Shown here: positions 34,473-43,590 of the stretch, piece by piece
Numbering within the stretch: position 1 is the stretch's first letter
How the letters are laid out: each line of letters begins with the position of its first letter
NCBI GenBank assembly: GCA_035509415.1
Contig: DATJLQ010000233.1
Coordinates: forward strand, 10,943 to 74,942
Direction of reading: 5' to 3'
Origin: Alphaproteobacteria bacterium
GTDB lineage: Bacteria; Pseudomonadota; Alphaproteobacteria; JACZXZ01
Length of the DNA stretch: 64,000 bases
Made by a program: the position numbers and the translations under genes
The notes under the pieces: generated by a model
Seen by the model: only the letters and a program-made list of their open reading frames with translations
Databases searched by the model: none
Told to the model about the DNA's origin: nothing

Positions 34473-35459
34473 TCACATCTTGCTCGTCATGTCCATGATG
34501 CGGATCGCGACCGGGCCGCCCAGCACGATGAAGAGCGCTGGAAGGATGAAGACGATCATCGGCACCGTCATCGTCGCGGGCAAGCGCGCCGCCTTCTCCT
34601 CGGCTCGCATGAGCCGCTCCTCGCGGAATTCCGCGGCGAGGACGCGCAGCGAGGTCGCGAGCGGCGTGCCGTAGCGCTCGGTCTGGATCAGGCTGTTGAC
34701 CAGGCTGCGCAGCTTCTGCATGTCGGTCCGTCGGGTGAGGTTCTGCAACGCCGTGTGCCGGTCGGGGAGGAAGCCGAGCTCGATCGAGGTCAGCGCGAAC
34801 TCCTCCGCGAGTTCGGGTGCCGCTTCCGCCATTTCGCTGCCGATGCGCGCGATCGACGCGTCGAGGCTCAATCCCGCCTCGGCGCAGATCACCAGGAGAT
34901 CGAGCGCGTCGGGCAGGCCCTTGCTCATGCGTTGGATGCGCTTGCTTCCCTCGTTCGAGACGTAGATGTCGGGCCCGAACAGGCCCGCGACGCCGCCGAT
35001 CGCGACCGCGAGAAGGCGCAGGGTCGGCGCCGTCGCCGCGTGGCCCGAAAGGCCGAAGAAGAGAAGTGCACCGCCGCCGAACAGGAAGGGCGCCACGGTC
35101 TTCGCGAAGATGAAGACCGCGAGCGCGTCCTTCGAGCGGTAGCCCGCGCGCGCGAGGCGCGCCGAGACGATCTCGACCTGGCGCCCGCGCGCGAGATTGA
35201 ATTTGAGCACCAGGCGCCGGATGAATGTGTATCCCGACTGGCGCAGATCGCCGCGCATGCTGTGGCCCGCCGCGGCGAGCGAGTCCGCCTTGAGCGCCGC
35301 GCGCCGCTTCGAGAGCGCGCGCACGCGCTTGTTGACCGGATCGCGCATGGTCAGCGCCTGCCAGACTGTCAGCATGACCAGGACCACGGTTCCGGCGGCG
35401 GACGCGACCAGCGCCTCGTCGGCGGTGATGCCGAGGGAAAAGAGGTGCGCGAGATTCAT
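34473..35459 (-). CDS. tadC: Tad platform protein TadC (type II secretion F-family)
   Basis: 328 aa. ATGA overlap with tadB. It has a T2SF domain and terminal TM helices. Confidence 0.88.
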   Translation of the reverse strand: MNLAHLFSLGITADEALVASAAGTVVLVMLTVWQALTMRDPVNKRVRALSKRRAALKADSLAAAGHSMRGDLRQSGYTFIRRLVLKFNLARGRQVEIVSARLARAGYRSKDALAVFIFAKTVAPFLFGGGALLFFGLSGHAATAPTLRLLAVAIGGVAGLFGPDIYVSNEGSKRIQRMSKGLPDALDLLVICAEAGLSLDASIARIGSEMAEAAPELAEEFALTSIELGFLPDRHTALQNLTRRTDMQKLRSLVNSLIQTERYGTPLATSLRVLAAEFREERLMRAEEKAARLPATMTVPMIVFILPALFIVLGGPVAIRIMDMTSKM

Positions 35460-36457
35460 ATCTCGAACTTCGCCATCTTGACCATCGTGGCGACCCCGGT
35501 GAGGAGCGTGCCGAGCGCGGCACCCAGCATGAGGTGCCCGCGATGATCGTGGATCATCAGCATCGCATAGTCGGGCTTCATGAACAGCAGCACGAAAAAA
35601 ATGATGAACGGCAGCGAGCCGACGATCATGGCGCTCGCGCGCGCCTCGGACGACATGGCGCGGATCTTGAGCTTCATCTGCCGGCGCTTCCGGAGGATGG
35701 TCGTGAGGTTCTCGAGCGTCTCGGCGAGGTTGCCGCCGGTCTCCTGCTGCACCGAGAGGCTGATCACGAAGAAGCGGAAGTCGGCCAGGTCGATGCGCCG
35801 GCTCGCGGCCAGCAAGGCCTGGTCCAAGGTCATGCCGAGGCTGAAGGATTCGATGATCTTGCGGAACTCGACATTGACCGGGTCGGGCAGCTCCTGGCTC
35901 ACTACCTTGATCGATTCCGCGATCGGCAGGCCGGACTTCAAGCCCCGGACGATGAGGTCGATCGCCTCGGGGAAGTAGAGGCCGAAGCGCCGCTGCCGGC
36001 GCGCGATCATGAACTTGACCAGCATATGGGGTAGCCCGAGCGCCGCCCCCACGCCGAACAGGATCGCGACCAGCGGCTTCAAGCCCAAGCCGACCTCGAG
36101 CGTCACGACGGTCAGGAGCCCGACCAGCAAGCTCGCGAGCACGTAGACGCCGAGCGTGATGTGCCGGCCGGTCGCGGCGAGCCGCTCGCGCAGCACGGCG
36201 GGCCGCGGCAACAGACGCTTGATCAGCCGGTCGAGGGTGCGGATCGAGCTGTCGGCATCGTCGCGCCGCACGGTCCGCGCCGCCGGATCGCCCGGCGCCG
36301 GCCGGCCGCGCCCGACGGTGCGTTGCAGGCGCTTCCGGAGACGCGGCCGCTCGCCGCCCCAAACGCCGAGAGCGGCGATTGCGATGAGGCCGAAGGCCCC
36401 GAACGCCCCAAGCAGGAGCGGGATCGCGGACCTGAGCGAGTCAAGCGAGGCGCTCAT
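35456..36457 (-). CDS. tadB: Tad platform protein TadB (type II secretion F-family)
   Basis: 333 aa. ATGA overlap with cpaF. It has a T2SF domain. Confidence 0.88.
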   Translation of the reverse strand: MSASLDSLRSAIPLLLGAFGAFGLIAIAALGVWGGERPRLRKRLQRTVGRGRPAPGDPAARTVRRDDADSSIRTLDRLIKRLLPRPAVLRERLAATGRHITLGVYVLASLLVGLLTVVTLEVGLGLKPLVAILFGVGAALGLPHMLVKFMIARRQRRFGLYFPEAIDLIVRGLKSGLPIAESIKVVSQELPDPVNVEFRKIIESFSLGMTLDQALLAASRRIDLADFRFFVISLSVQQETGGNLAETLENLTTILRKRRQMKLKIRAMSSEARASAMIVGSLPFIIFFVLLFMKPDYAMLMIHDHRGHLMLGAALGTLLTGVATMVKMAKFEI

Positions 36458-38130
36458 CCCATCGCCTCCAGCAAGGCCTTGTCGAGGCCGAAATAGGCGG
36501 CCTTCGGCATGCAATGGGGCCGCAGCCCGGACGAGACGAAGCGCCCGATCAGCCTCCCGTCCGGCGCCTCGCCGGTGATCTCGAAATGGAACAGATCCTG
36601 GGTCGTGACCACGTCGCCCTCCATGCCGATCACCTCCATGATCTGGGTCACCCGGCGCACGCCGTCGCGCATGCGGCTGACCTGGACGATCATGTCGATC
36701 GCGGTCGCGATCTGGGTGCGCACCGCCTTGGCCATGAGGTTGATCCCGGCGAGGCCGATCATGTTCTCGAGCCGGGTGAGCGCCTCGCGCGGCCGGTTCG
36801 CGTGGATGGTGCCGAGCGAGCCTTCGTGCCCCGTGTTCATCGCCTGCAGCATGTCGACCGCCTCGGCACCCCGGACCTCGCCGAGGATGATGCGATCGGG
36901 GCGCATGCGCAGCGCGTTCCGGATCAGATCGCGCATGGTGATCTCGCCGTTGCCCTCGAGGTTGGCGGGCCGCGTCTCGAGGCGGACCACGTGCGGCTGC
37001 TGCAATTGCAGCTCGGCCGCGTCCTCGATGGTGACGATGCGCTCGCCGGGATCGATCATCTGGCTGATCGCGTTGAGGAGCGTCGTCTTGCCCGAGCCGG
37101 TGCCGCCCGAGAGCAGGATGTTGAGGCGCGAGCGCCCGGCGATCTTGAGCACGCTCGCCATCTGCGGCGAGAGGTTGCCCTGGAGCGTCATGAGGTCGAG
37201 CGTGAGCTTCTTCTTGGAGAATTTCCGGATCGAGATCGACGGGCCGTCGATGGCGAGCGGCGGGATGATGATGTTGACGCGGCTGCCGTCGGAGAGGCGC
37301 GCGTCGCACAGCGGGTTCGATTCGTCGATGCGCCGGCCGATGCGCGAGACGATGCGCGTCGCGATGTTCATGACGTGCGGGTCGTCGCGGAAGCGCACGT
37401 TCGTGAGCTCGAGCTTGCCGGCGCGCTCGGCATAGACCATGTGCGGCCCGTTGACCATGATGTCGGTGACCTTCTCGTCCGCGAGCAGCGGCTCGAGCGG
37501 GCCCAAGCCGAGCATGTCGTTGACCAGGCGCGTCACGAGGTTGCGCTGCTCGATGCCGTTGAGCTGGAACTTCTCCTCCGCGATGATCTCGGCGACCAGC
37601 TCGCCGAGCTGGCGCGCGAGCTCGTTGCGCGGCAAGGCCGAGGCCGCACCCGCATCGAGCCGGGCCATGAGCTTGGGCTGGATCTTCTCCTTGGCGATCT
37701 CGATCGGATCCGACGGGATCGCGGCATGGGCCGTCGGAGCCGGCTCGAGCGGAAAAGGCGCTTGGGGTGCCGGCGACGCCGGCGGCGTCGACAGAAGCTC
37801 GTTGATCAAGGCGGTCACCAGCCGGCGCGCGTCGAGGGAATCGAGCGCGATGCGATCCTTGTCCGCTTCCGCCCGCACCCGGGCGCCGATCTGCTCGGCG
37901 AGTGCTGCGCGCGGCAAGGCCTTGAGATCGGCGAACACCGGCTCGGCGCGAAGAGCCTGGAGCAGGCGCGGCCGCGCGGCCGCCATCCATGCCGCGGACT
38001 CGGGTGCCGTATTGGATTGCGGACGCTCGCTTTCGGACCCCGAGCCGGGCGATGCCGCCAGGACGAGCCGGGCCGCGCGGGCCGAGGGGAGGAGCTCGAG
38101 CGTCCCGCCATTGCGCCGGCCGAAGCTCAT
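36454..38130 (-). CDS. cpaF: Tad secretion ATPase CpaF/TadA
   Basis: 558 aa. Walker A LSGGTGSGKTTLLNA, with Asp/His boxes (TIEDAAEL, EVRGAEA, GHEGSLGTIHAN). It has a long N-terminal extension. Confidence 0.95.
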   Translation of the reverse strand: MSFGRRNGGTLELLPSARAARLVLAASPGSGSESERPQSNTAPESAAWMAAARPRLLQALRAEPVFADLKALPRAALAEQIGARVRAEADKDRIALDSLDARRLVTALINELLSTPPASPAPQAPFPLEPAPTAHAAIPSDPIEIAKEKIQPKLMARLDAGAASALPRNELARQLGELVAEIIAEEKFQLNGIEQRNLVTRLVNDMLGLGPLEPLLADEKVTDIMVNGPHMVYAERAGKLELTNVRFRDDPHVMNIATRIVSRIGRRIDESNPLCDARLSDGSRVNIIIPPLAIDGPSISIRKFSKKKLTLDLMTLQGNLSPQMASVLKIAGRSRLNILLSGGTGSGKTTLLNAISQMIDPGERIVTIEDAAELQLQQPHVVRLETRPANLEGNGEITMRDLIRNALRMRPDRIILGEVRGAEAVDMLQAMNTGHEGSLGTIHANRPREALTRLENMIGLAGINLMAKAVRTQIATAIDMIVQVSRMRDGVRRVTQIMEVIGMEGDVVTTQDLFHFEITGEAPDGRLIGRFVSSGLRPHCMPKAAYFGLDKALLEAMG

Positions 38131-39380
38131 GGCCTCGACGCGCCGCCCGCGCTACCGCCGAACAGGCGCGCGAGGAGTCCACGCGGTGCGGGTGCCGCTT
38201 CGCCGAAGCTCGCCGCGAGAGCGGAGAGTGCGGCGGTCACCTTGCTGTTGGCCGCGATCTTGGGCAAGGGCCGGCCGGTGTTGAGGGCGCGCAGCACGGC
38301 GGAATCGTCCTCGGGAATGACCGCGGCCAACTTCACCTCGAGCGCCTTCTCGACGTCGATGCGCGGGAGCTCGCCCTTCTTCGCCCCGCCGACCCGGTTT
38401 CCGACCAGAAGCTGCCTGGTCGCCGGCGCCACCGCCTTCACCAGCGCCACGAGCCGGCCGGTGTCGCGCAGCCCGGCGAGCGAGAAATCGGTGACGACGA
38501 CGATCGCGTTCGCCTGCGCGATGCCCTGGCGCAGGAGGTTCGGATCGGCGCGCGGCAAGTCGAGCACGACACGCTGGAAATCGCCGCGCAGCTCCTTGAC
38601 CAGGAGCTCGAGCGCGTCCGGGCGCGCGGCGACTTTGGTTTCGAACGGCTCCTCCGAGGCGAGGAGATAAAGCTTGTCCCCGACATGGGCCGCCGCACTC
38701 GCGACGAACAACCCGTCGAGCCGCTCAGGATTCGCGAGCGCCTCGCACAGGCCGCGCCCGGGATCGACGTCGAACGCGAGCCCGGTCGAGCCGCAATGGA
38801 GATCGAGATCGACCAGCATGGTGCGGTGGTCCTCGACGTCGGCGAACAGCCAGGCGAGCGTCGCGGCGACCATGGTCGCGCCGACCCCGCCTCGCGCGCC
38901 GATCACGGCGATGACCTGGCCGCTCGACTCCGTCCCCTTCCGAGACTCGGCCGCGTGGCCGCGCTCCGACGCCGCCTTGAGCGCCGCGCGCAACGCGTCG
39001 GCCGATACCGGCTTCACGAAATACTCCGCCGCCCCGCCGGCACGGAGTGCGCGGTAAAAGCCGACATCGTTCACGTCGCCGAGCGCGATGAAGAACGTTC
39101 CCGGCAGCGAGACGTCCGACAATTGGTCGAGCGCCAGGAACGGTTCCGCGCAGCCGGAGAGATCGACGATCAAGATGCCCGGCGGCGGCGAGCCCGCGAG
39201 ATGCGCGATGGCGTCGTCGACCCCGCCCAGATGGACCGTCGCGTTCGCACCCTCCGATCCGAGCGCCGCCGCGAGCGCCATGCGCGTCGCGTCGTCGCGC
39301 ACGAAAGCCAGGAGACCCGCGGGCGCCGGCTCGGGCCCATGGCCCGCACTGGTCGCGAGAAACGGAACGACGGTATTCAA
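38127..39380 (-). CDS. cpaE: CpaE/TadZ (receiver-like domain + ParA/MinD-type ATPase)
   Basis: 417 aa. REC-like N-terminus (ILIVDLSG) and a deviant Walker A region (VIAVIGARGGVGATMVA). The TTG start overlaps the cpaD stop (TTGA). Confidence 0.88.
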   Translation of the reverse strand: MNTVVPFLATSAGHGPEPAPAGLLAFVRDDATRMALAAALGSEGANATVHLGGVDDAIAHLAGSPPPGILIVDLSGCAEPFLALDQLSDVSLPGTFFIALGDVNDVGFYRALRAGGAAEYFVKPVSADALRAALKAASERGHAAESRKGTESSGQVIAVIGARGGVGATMVAATLAWLFADVEDHRTMLVDLDLHCGSTGLAFDVDPGRGLCEALANPERLDGLFVASAAAHVGDKLYLLASEEPFETKVAARPDALELLVKELRGDFQRVVLDLPRADPNLLRQGIAQANAIVVVTDFSLAGLRDTGRLVALVKAVAPATRQLLVGNRVGGAKKGELPRIDVEKALEVKLAAVIPEDDSAVLRALNTGRPLPKIAANSKVTAALSALAASFGEAAPAPRGLLARLFGGSAGGASRP

Positions 39381-40144
39381 TTTGCCCCTCCCATGCCGCT
39401 GCCCCCACTGCCCGAGCCGCTGCCCCCACTACCGGAATCCGAGCCCGAGCCCGAGCCCGAATTGCCGCTGCCGCTCGACTTGGACAGTTCGGGCTGCAGC
39501 GACTTCGAGATCTCGCCCGAGCGGTAGCGCTGGATGCCGCGTGAGACGAAATCGGGATCGGCGGTTCCCCCGTTCGTGCCGCGCAGGAGATCGGCCGGAT
39601 TGGCCACCATGGCGCCGAGATTGGTCGCGGTCGCGCAGCCGAAATTGCTCGCCGGCGTGTTGGTATAGTCGTCGCCCTCGGGCTTGCTCCAATCGGGGCA
39701 ACGCGGCCCCGTCACCACGTAGCGGCCGACGCTCACCACCACCGCATTGTGGGCAAGGGCGCCGTCCACGGTCGGCCGCGGCGCGCGGCGCGCGGCGATG
39801 TGCATGTCGCGCAGCATGGCGGCGACGGCGGCGATGCGCTTGGCGGCGAGCGCGTCGAGCGTGGCATCGCCGCGCGCGGGCCCGGTATCGAGGGTCAATT
39901 GGTCGCCGTAGCCGAACTTGACCTCGTCGAGAAAGTCGGCGAGCGACTGGCGCTGGGCGGCCGTGGCGACGGTCGTGCCGGGCGCGAAGTCCACCTGGTG
40001 GGTCAAGGTCACGAAATCGACCGTGTTCTCCTTGGGCGCCTCGACCTGGGACCAGCGCGCGCTTTGGGGCGTGCAGCTCGAAGCGAGCAGCAGGCTCGCG
40101 AGCAGGAGTGGGACGAACAGCGGCACCGGATCGCGCAAGACCAT
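39377..40144 (-). CDS. cpaD: CpaD pilus-assembly lipoprotein
   Basis: 255 aa. AGGAG RBS and lipobox LLLASSC. The CpaD-like core includes GCATATNLGAMVANPADLL. The C-terminal tail is Gly/Ser-rich. Confidence 0.82.
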   Translation of the reverse strand: MVLRDPVPLFVPLLLASLLLASSCTPQSARWSQVEAPKENTVDFVTLTHQVDFAPGTTVATAAQRQSLADFLDEVKFGYGDQLTLDTGPARGDATLDALAAKRIAAVAAMLRDMHIAARRAPRPTVDGALAHNAVVVSVGRYVVTGPRCPDWSKPEGDDYTNTPASNFGCATATNLGAMVANPADLLRGTNGGTADPDFVSRGIQRYRSGEISKSLQPELSKSSGSGNSGSGSGSDSGSGGSGSGSGGSGMGGAN

Positions 40145-40155
40145 CGTCGGCGCTC

Positions 40156-41700
40156 CTAATTGAGAATGAAGCCGCTCGGGCCGATCAGGCTGTTGCCGCT
40201 CGGCCCAAGCGGCGCATTGCCGGCTTCGGGCATGGTCGGGCGGGTGTTGCGGCCGCGCAGGACCCGGTCGCGGTCGTTGGGCGGCACGTAGCCGTCGAGC
40301 GGCGACGCGAGCTCATGGTCGGACACCGGGCGCACGAGATACGGGGTCACCAGGATGACGAGCTCGGTCTCGTTGCGCTGGAACTGGTCCGAGCGGAACA
40401 ACGCGCCCAGCACCGGCACCTCGCCGAGGCCGGGCACCTTGTTCAACGTGTCGACGATGTTGTTCTGCAGCAGCCCGCCGATCGCGAAGGTCTGGCCGCT
40501 GCCGAGCTCGACCGTGGTCTCGGCGCGCCGCGTGGTGAGCGCGGGAATGGTGTAGCCCTGGATCTGCACGGCGCCGGTGGTCGAGAGCTGGCTCACCTCG
40601 GGACGCACGCGCAGGCTGATCCGGCCGCTCGAGAGCACGACCGGCGTGAAGGCGAGCGCGACGCCGAACTGCTTGAACTCGATCGTCACCTGCCCTTGGG
40701 TCTGGGGCACGATGATCGGGAATTCGCCGCCCGCGAGGAAGCTCGCGGTCTCGCCCGTCATCGCGGTCAGGTTCGGCTCCGCGAGAACGGTCGCGAGGCC
40801 GTTCTGGTCGAGCGCGTCGATCACGTCGTTGATGCCGATGCGGTTGGTGTTGTAGCCGGAGATGATGCTGTTGGTCGGGACGCCGCCGATCCCGATGTTG
40901 CGCGTCATGTAACCGCCGGCGACGGCACCGCCGACGAAGGCGCCGGGCACGCCACCTGCGAGGCCGACCGAGGGCGCGAGCGCCGTTAGGGGTGCGGACG
41001 GAATCTGGGACAGCGAGGAAGCATCCGTGCCCGAGCCGAGCAAGCCGAGGCTCCCGATCACCGGGTTCCCCGTGGCGATGCCGAACGCGAAGGCGCCGAC
41101 GTGGCTGATCGCGTCCCAATTGATGCCGAGCTCCTTGATCACGTTGCGTTGGATCTCGACCACGCGGACGCGCAGGTTGACCTGGTTCGGTGCGTCGATC
41201 TTGATGCGATTGATCAGCTCCTTGTCGTCGCCGACGAAGGGGCGCGCGATGCGCCGCGCCTCCTCCGCGTCGACCGAGGAATCGACGTCGCCGGTGAGCA
41301 CGAGCGAGGTGTCGACCGCTTTGACGTCGACCGAATCGTCGGGCAGAAGCTTGGAGAGGGCGAGCTGGAGCCGCGCCACGTCGCGCTTCACGAGGACCGG
41401 CCGGCTGAGCAGGACATGCTGCTCCGCGTCGACCGCGTAGAGCGACGTCTCGCCCGGCGCCTTGGCGTAGAGGTAGATGAGGCGCGGCGACTTGACCTTC
41501 ACGTCCGCGATGTCGGGATCCGCCACGAACACCGTGTCGACATTGCGGTCGAGGCGGATGAGCGTCCCCTTCTCGACGTCGATGACGATCGGCTCGCCGG
41601 TGGGGCGCACCACCTGCTGGGCCCAAGCGCCCGCGAACGGCGCCGCCGGCAACATGAGCGCCAAGGCGAGCGCGAGCCAGACGCGCTTGAGCCGGCTCAT
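40156..41700 (-). CDS. cpaC: CpaC/RcpA outer-membrane secretin
   Basis: Start at the ATG at 41700 (MSRLKRVWLALALALMLPAAPFAGAWA), overlapping the cpaB stop. It has a BON/N-domain and the secretin C-domain (VPVLGALFRS...ELVILVTP). Confidence 0.92.
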   Translation of the reverse strand: MSRLKRVWLALALALMLPAAPFAGAWAQQVVRPTGEPIVIDVEKGTLIRLDRNVDTVFVADPDIADVKVKSPRLIYLYAKAPGETSLYAVDAEQHVLLSRPVLVKRDVARLQLALSKLLPDDSVDVKAVDTSLVLTGDVDSSVDAEEARRIARPFVGDDKELINRIKIDAPNQVNLRVRVVEIQRNVIKELGINWDAISHVGAFAFGIATGNPVIGSLGLLGSGTDASSLSQIPSAPLTALAPSVGLAGGVPGAFVGGAVAGGYMTRNIGIGGVPTNSIISGYNTNRIGINDVIDALDQNGLATVLAEPNLTAMTGETASFLAGGEFPIIVPQTQGQVTIEFKQFGVALAFTPVVLSSGRISLRVRPEVSQLSTTGAVQIQGYTIPALTTRRAETTVELGSGQTFAIGGLLQNNIVDTLNKVPGLGEVPVLGALFRSDQFQRNETELVILVTPYLVRPVSDHELASPLDGYVPPNDRDRVLRGRNTRPTMPEAGNAPLGPSGNSLIGPSGFILN

Positions 41701-42647
41701 GGCGTCGCCATCGCGGACAAGGCGCCCTGCATGCCGGCGGTGCCGTTGGCGGAGCCGGGGCCGCCGCCGTTGTTGCCGCCGTGCCCCGCGCCGCCGCCTT
41801 TCTGACCCATGTCGCCGCGCAACACGGTGACGATCGCGGCAGGATGCGGCGGCGGCGGCGGCGCGCCATGAACGATGAGCGGACTCACCTCGCTGTCCCA
41901 CGTGTGGGTGACCGAGCTCGGATCGTCGTTGTCCGCGTCCGTGCCCGCCGTGCCGCGCGCGAGGCTGCGCAGGCTGAGGGAGAGATTGCCGAGGTTGCTC
42001 GCGACCTCGATGATCTCGGCCTCCTTGGGCGTGACCTCGAAGGTCACCGTCTTGGCGAGCACCGGCGCGTTGGTCGGATCGGCGGTGCGCTGGTCCACGG
42101 CGAGCACGCGCAGGTCGCGCAAGACGGTCTCGCTCGCCATGCGCGCGGGCGCGTTCGGATGCGCGTCGTCGCGGATCTGGTGGGACAGGATGAGATCGAC
42201 CTTGTCGCCGGGGAAGATCATGCCGGCCACGTCGGAGGTCGCCGTGACTTGCACCGACACCGCGCGCATGCCGGGACTGAGCAGGGCGGCGAGAAACCCG
42301 CGTCCGCCGGGCTTGACGACGCGCCCGACGGTGATCGGCTCGCCGGCCGCGATATTCTGGCGCACGACCGACCCCGCGAGCGACTGGGGCGTCGCCTTTC
42401 CCTTGACGAGATAGGCGCCGTCGAGCGCCTCGGCGGGCCAGGCCTGCCAACGCAGATCGTCGGCGCGCAAATAGCTCCCCGCGGCGAGCGGCTTGGCGGC
42501 GACCAGGACAAAAGAGCCGGCCGGCTCCGCCTTGGATCGGTCGGCGATCTCCGCCCGCTCGTGGGAGAGCCAAGTCCGGGCGAAGTAGATCGTTCCGAGC
42601 GCCAAGAGGAGCGCGAAGCCGGCGAAGAGCATGACGCGAACTCTCAT
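41697..42647 (-). CDS. cpaB: CpaB/RcpC pilus assembly protein
   Basis: Start at the ATG at 42647 (MRVRVMLFAGFALLLALG). It has SAF-like and RcpC-like regions, and a Pro- and Gly-rich C-terminal tail. Confidence 0.88.
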   Translation of the reverse strand: MRVRVMLFAGFALLLALGTIYFARTWLSHERAEIADRSKAEPAGSFVLVAAKPLAAGSYLRADDLRWQAWPAEALDGAYLVKGKATPQSLAGSVVRQNIAAGEPITVGRVVKPGGRGFLAALLSPGMRAVSVQVTATSDVAGMIFPGDKVDLILSHQIRDDAHPNAPARMASETVLRDLRVLAVDQRTADPTNAPVLAKTVTFEVTPKEAEIIEVASNLGNLSLSLRSLARGTAGTDADNDDPSSVTHTWDSEVSPLIVHGAPPPPPHPAAIVTVLRGDMGQKGGGAGHGGNNGGGPGSANGTAGMQGALSAMATP

Positions 42648-42661
42648 CGCCCACGCCCTCG

Positions 42662-43174
42662 CTAGCCGGACACGAGCCGGGCACCGACATAGGCGGCGCC
42701 GACGGCGATCGCGATGCCATAGGGAACGCGGGCGGGAGTTGGGTCGGAGTCGAGGCGCGGGTCGAGACCCGGCGCGCTCGCGACGCGGTAGCGGCGGCAC
42801 TGCTCGAGCACGAAGGCGCCCAACGCGAGAACGCCGCCCGAGAGCACCATGAGCAGAAGGAGCGGCGCGATCAGCTTGGGCCCGGCCCAAAGCGCAGCGC
42901 CGGCCAGAAGCTTCACGTCGCCGCCGCCGACGACACCGCGCGCGAAAAGGAAGAGGCCGGCCGCGAAGGTCCCGGCCGCGACGGCGAGCGCCCAAAGCCA
43001 CTCGACCGGCACCGGGCTCGCCAGCACGTGCGCCGGGTAAAGTAGGACGAGGCCGAGGGTCGTGCCGTTGGAAATCCGGAACCGCGTCGCATCGCCGAAC
43101 GCGGCCCAGGCGAGGAGCGCGAAGAACGCCATGAGAAATAGCTGATCGAGCGAAAATGGAGCGTGCACGGCCAA
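42662..43174 (-). CDS. cpaA: A24-family prepilin peptidase CpaA/TadV
   Basis: About 170 aa, polytopic. The two Asp motifs are AAFGDATRFRISN and GGGDVKLLAGA. The track start is a TTG. GTG 43168 and ATG 43132 are alternatives. Confidence 0.85.
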   Translation of the reverse strand: MAVHAPFSLDQLFLMAFFALLAWAAFGDATRFRISNGTTLGLVLLYPAHVLASPVPVEWLWALAVAAGTFAAGLFLFARGVVGGGDVKLLAGAALWAGPKLIAPLLLLMVLSGGVLALGAFVLEQCRRYRVASAPGLDPRLDSDPTPARVPYGIAIAVGAAYVGARLVSG

Positions 43175-43371
43175 TCACCCGTTTTCATGCAAGCCTTCGA
43201 TCCGTTCACGGTCGGCCGGCGCGCGCTCGGGGCGCGGCGGCCGCGGCGTTGGAGGGAGCGGGACGCGCTCGATCGCCGTCCGGCGCCCGCGCACCCCTCC
43301 AGGGCGGCGCCTGCCGCTCGTTACGCGACAATGCGCGCAAGTCGCCGCAGGTCCGCCGCGCCGCGCGCGCT

Positions 43372-43533
43372 TTAGAGAGAGTTGGCGACCGTCGTGAAGA
43401 TGCCCGAGAGGCTGGTGCCGAGCGTGGTCACGGCGCCGATGATGACGACGGCGACGAGGGCCGCGATCAGGCCGTACTCGATGGCGGTCACGCCGGACTC
43501 GTCCGTGCGGAGGCGACGAAGAATGCTGAACAT
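43372..43533 (-). CDS. flp: Flp-family type IVc pilin
   Basis: 53 aa, starting at the ATG at 43533 (AGGGG RBS). The sequence MFSILRRLRTDESG/VTAIEYGLIAALVAVVIIGAV carries the Flp G/xxxxEY motif. Confidence 0.93.
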   Translation of the reverse strand: MFSILRRLRTDESGVTAIEYGLIAALVAVVIIGAVTTLGTSLSGIFTTVANSL

Positions 43534-43590
43534 GGTGACACCCCTTTTTATGTGTGTGGAAAGCGACCGCGCCATCACAGACCACGGGGG

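Noticed and set aside
41701-42720. Giant fused readings of Tad genes. The 854-aa ORF 40156..42720, the 908-aa ORF 35456..38182 and the 629-aa ORF 34473..36362 appear to be single proteins.
   Set aside because: The upstream parts are Arg/Pro-rich nonsense read out of frame over the neighbouring real gene. Each real protein starts at an internal ATG that forms an ATGA overlap with the preceding gene, and each has a signal peptide or TM segment right there.
43175-43371. Intrinsic terminator/attenuator between flp and cpaA
   Set aside because: Attenuation here is common in Tad loci. I could only find weak GC-rich imperfect stems (for example GCGAC-N11-GTCGC) with no U-tract. That is not enough to call.
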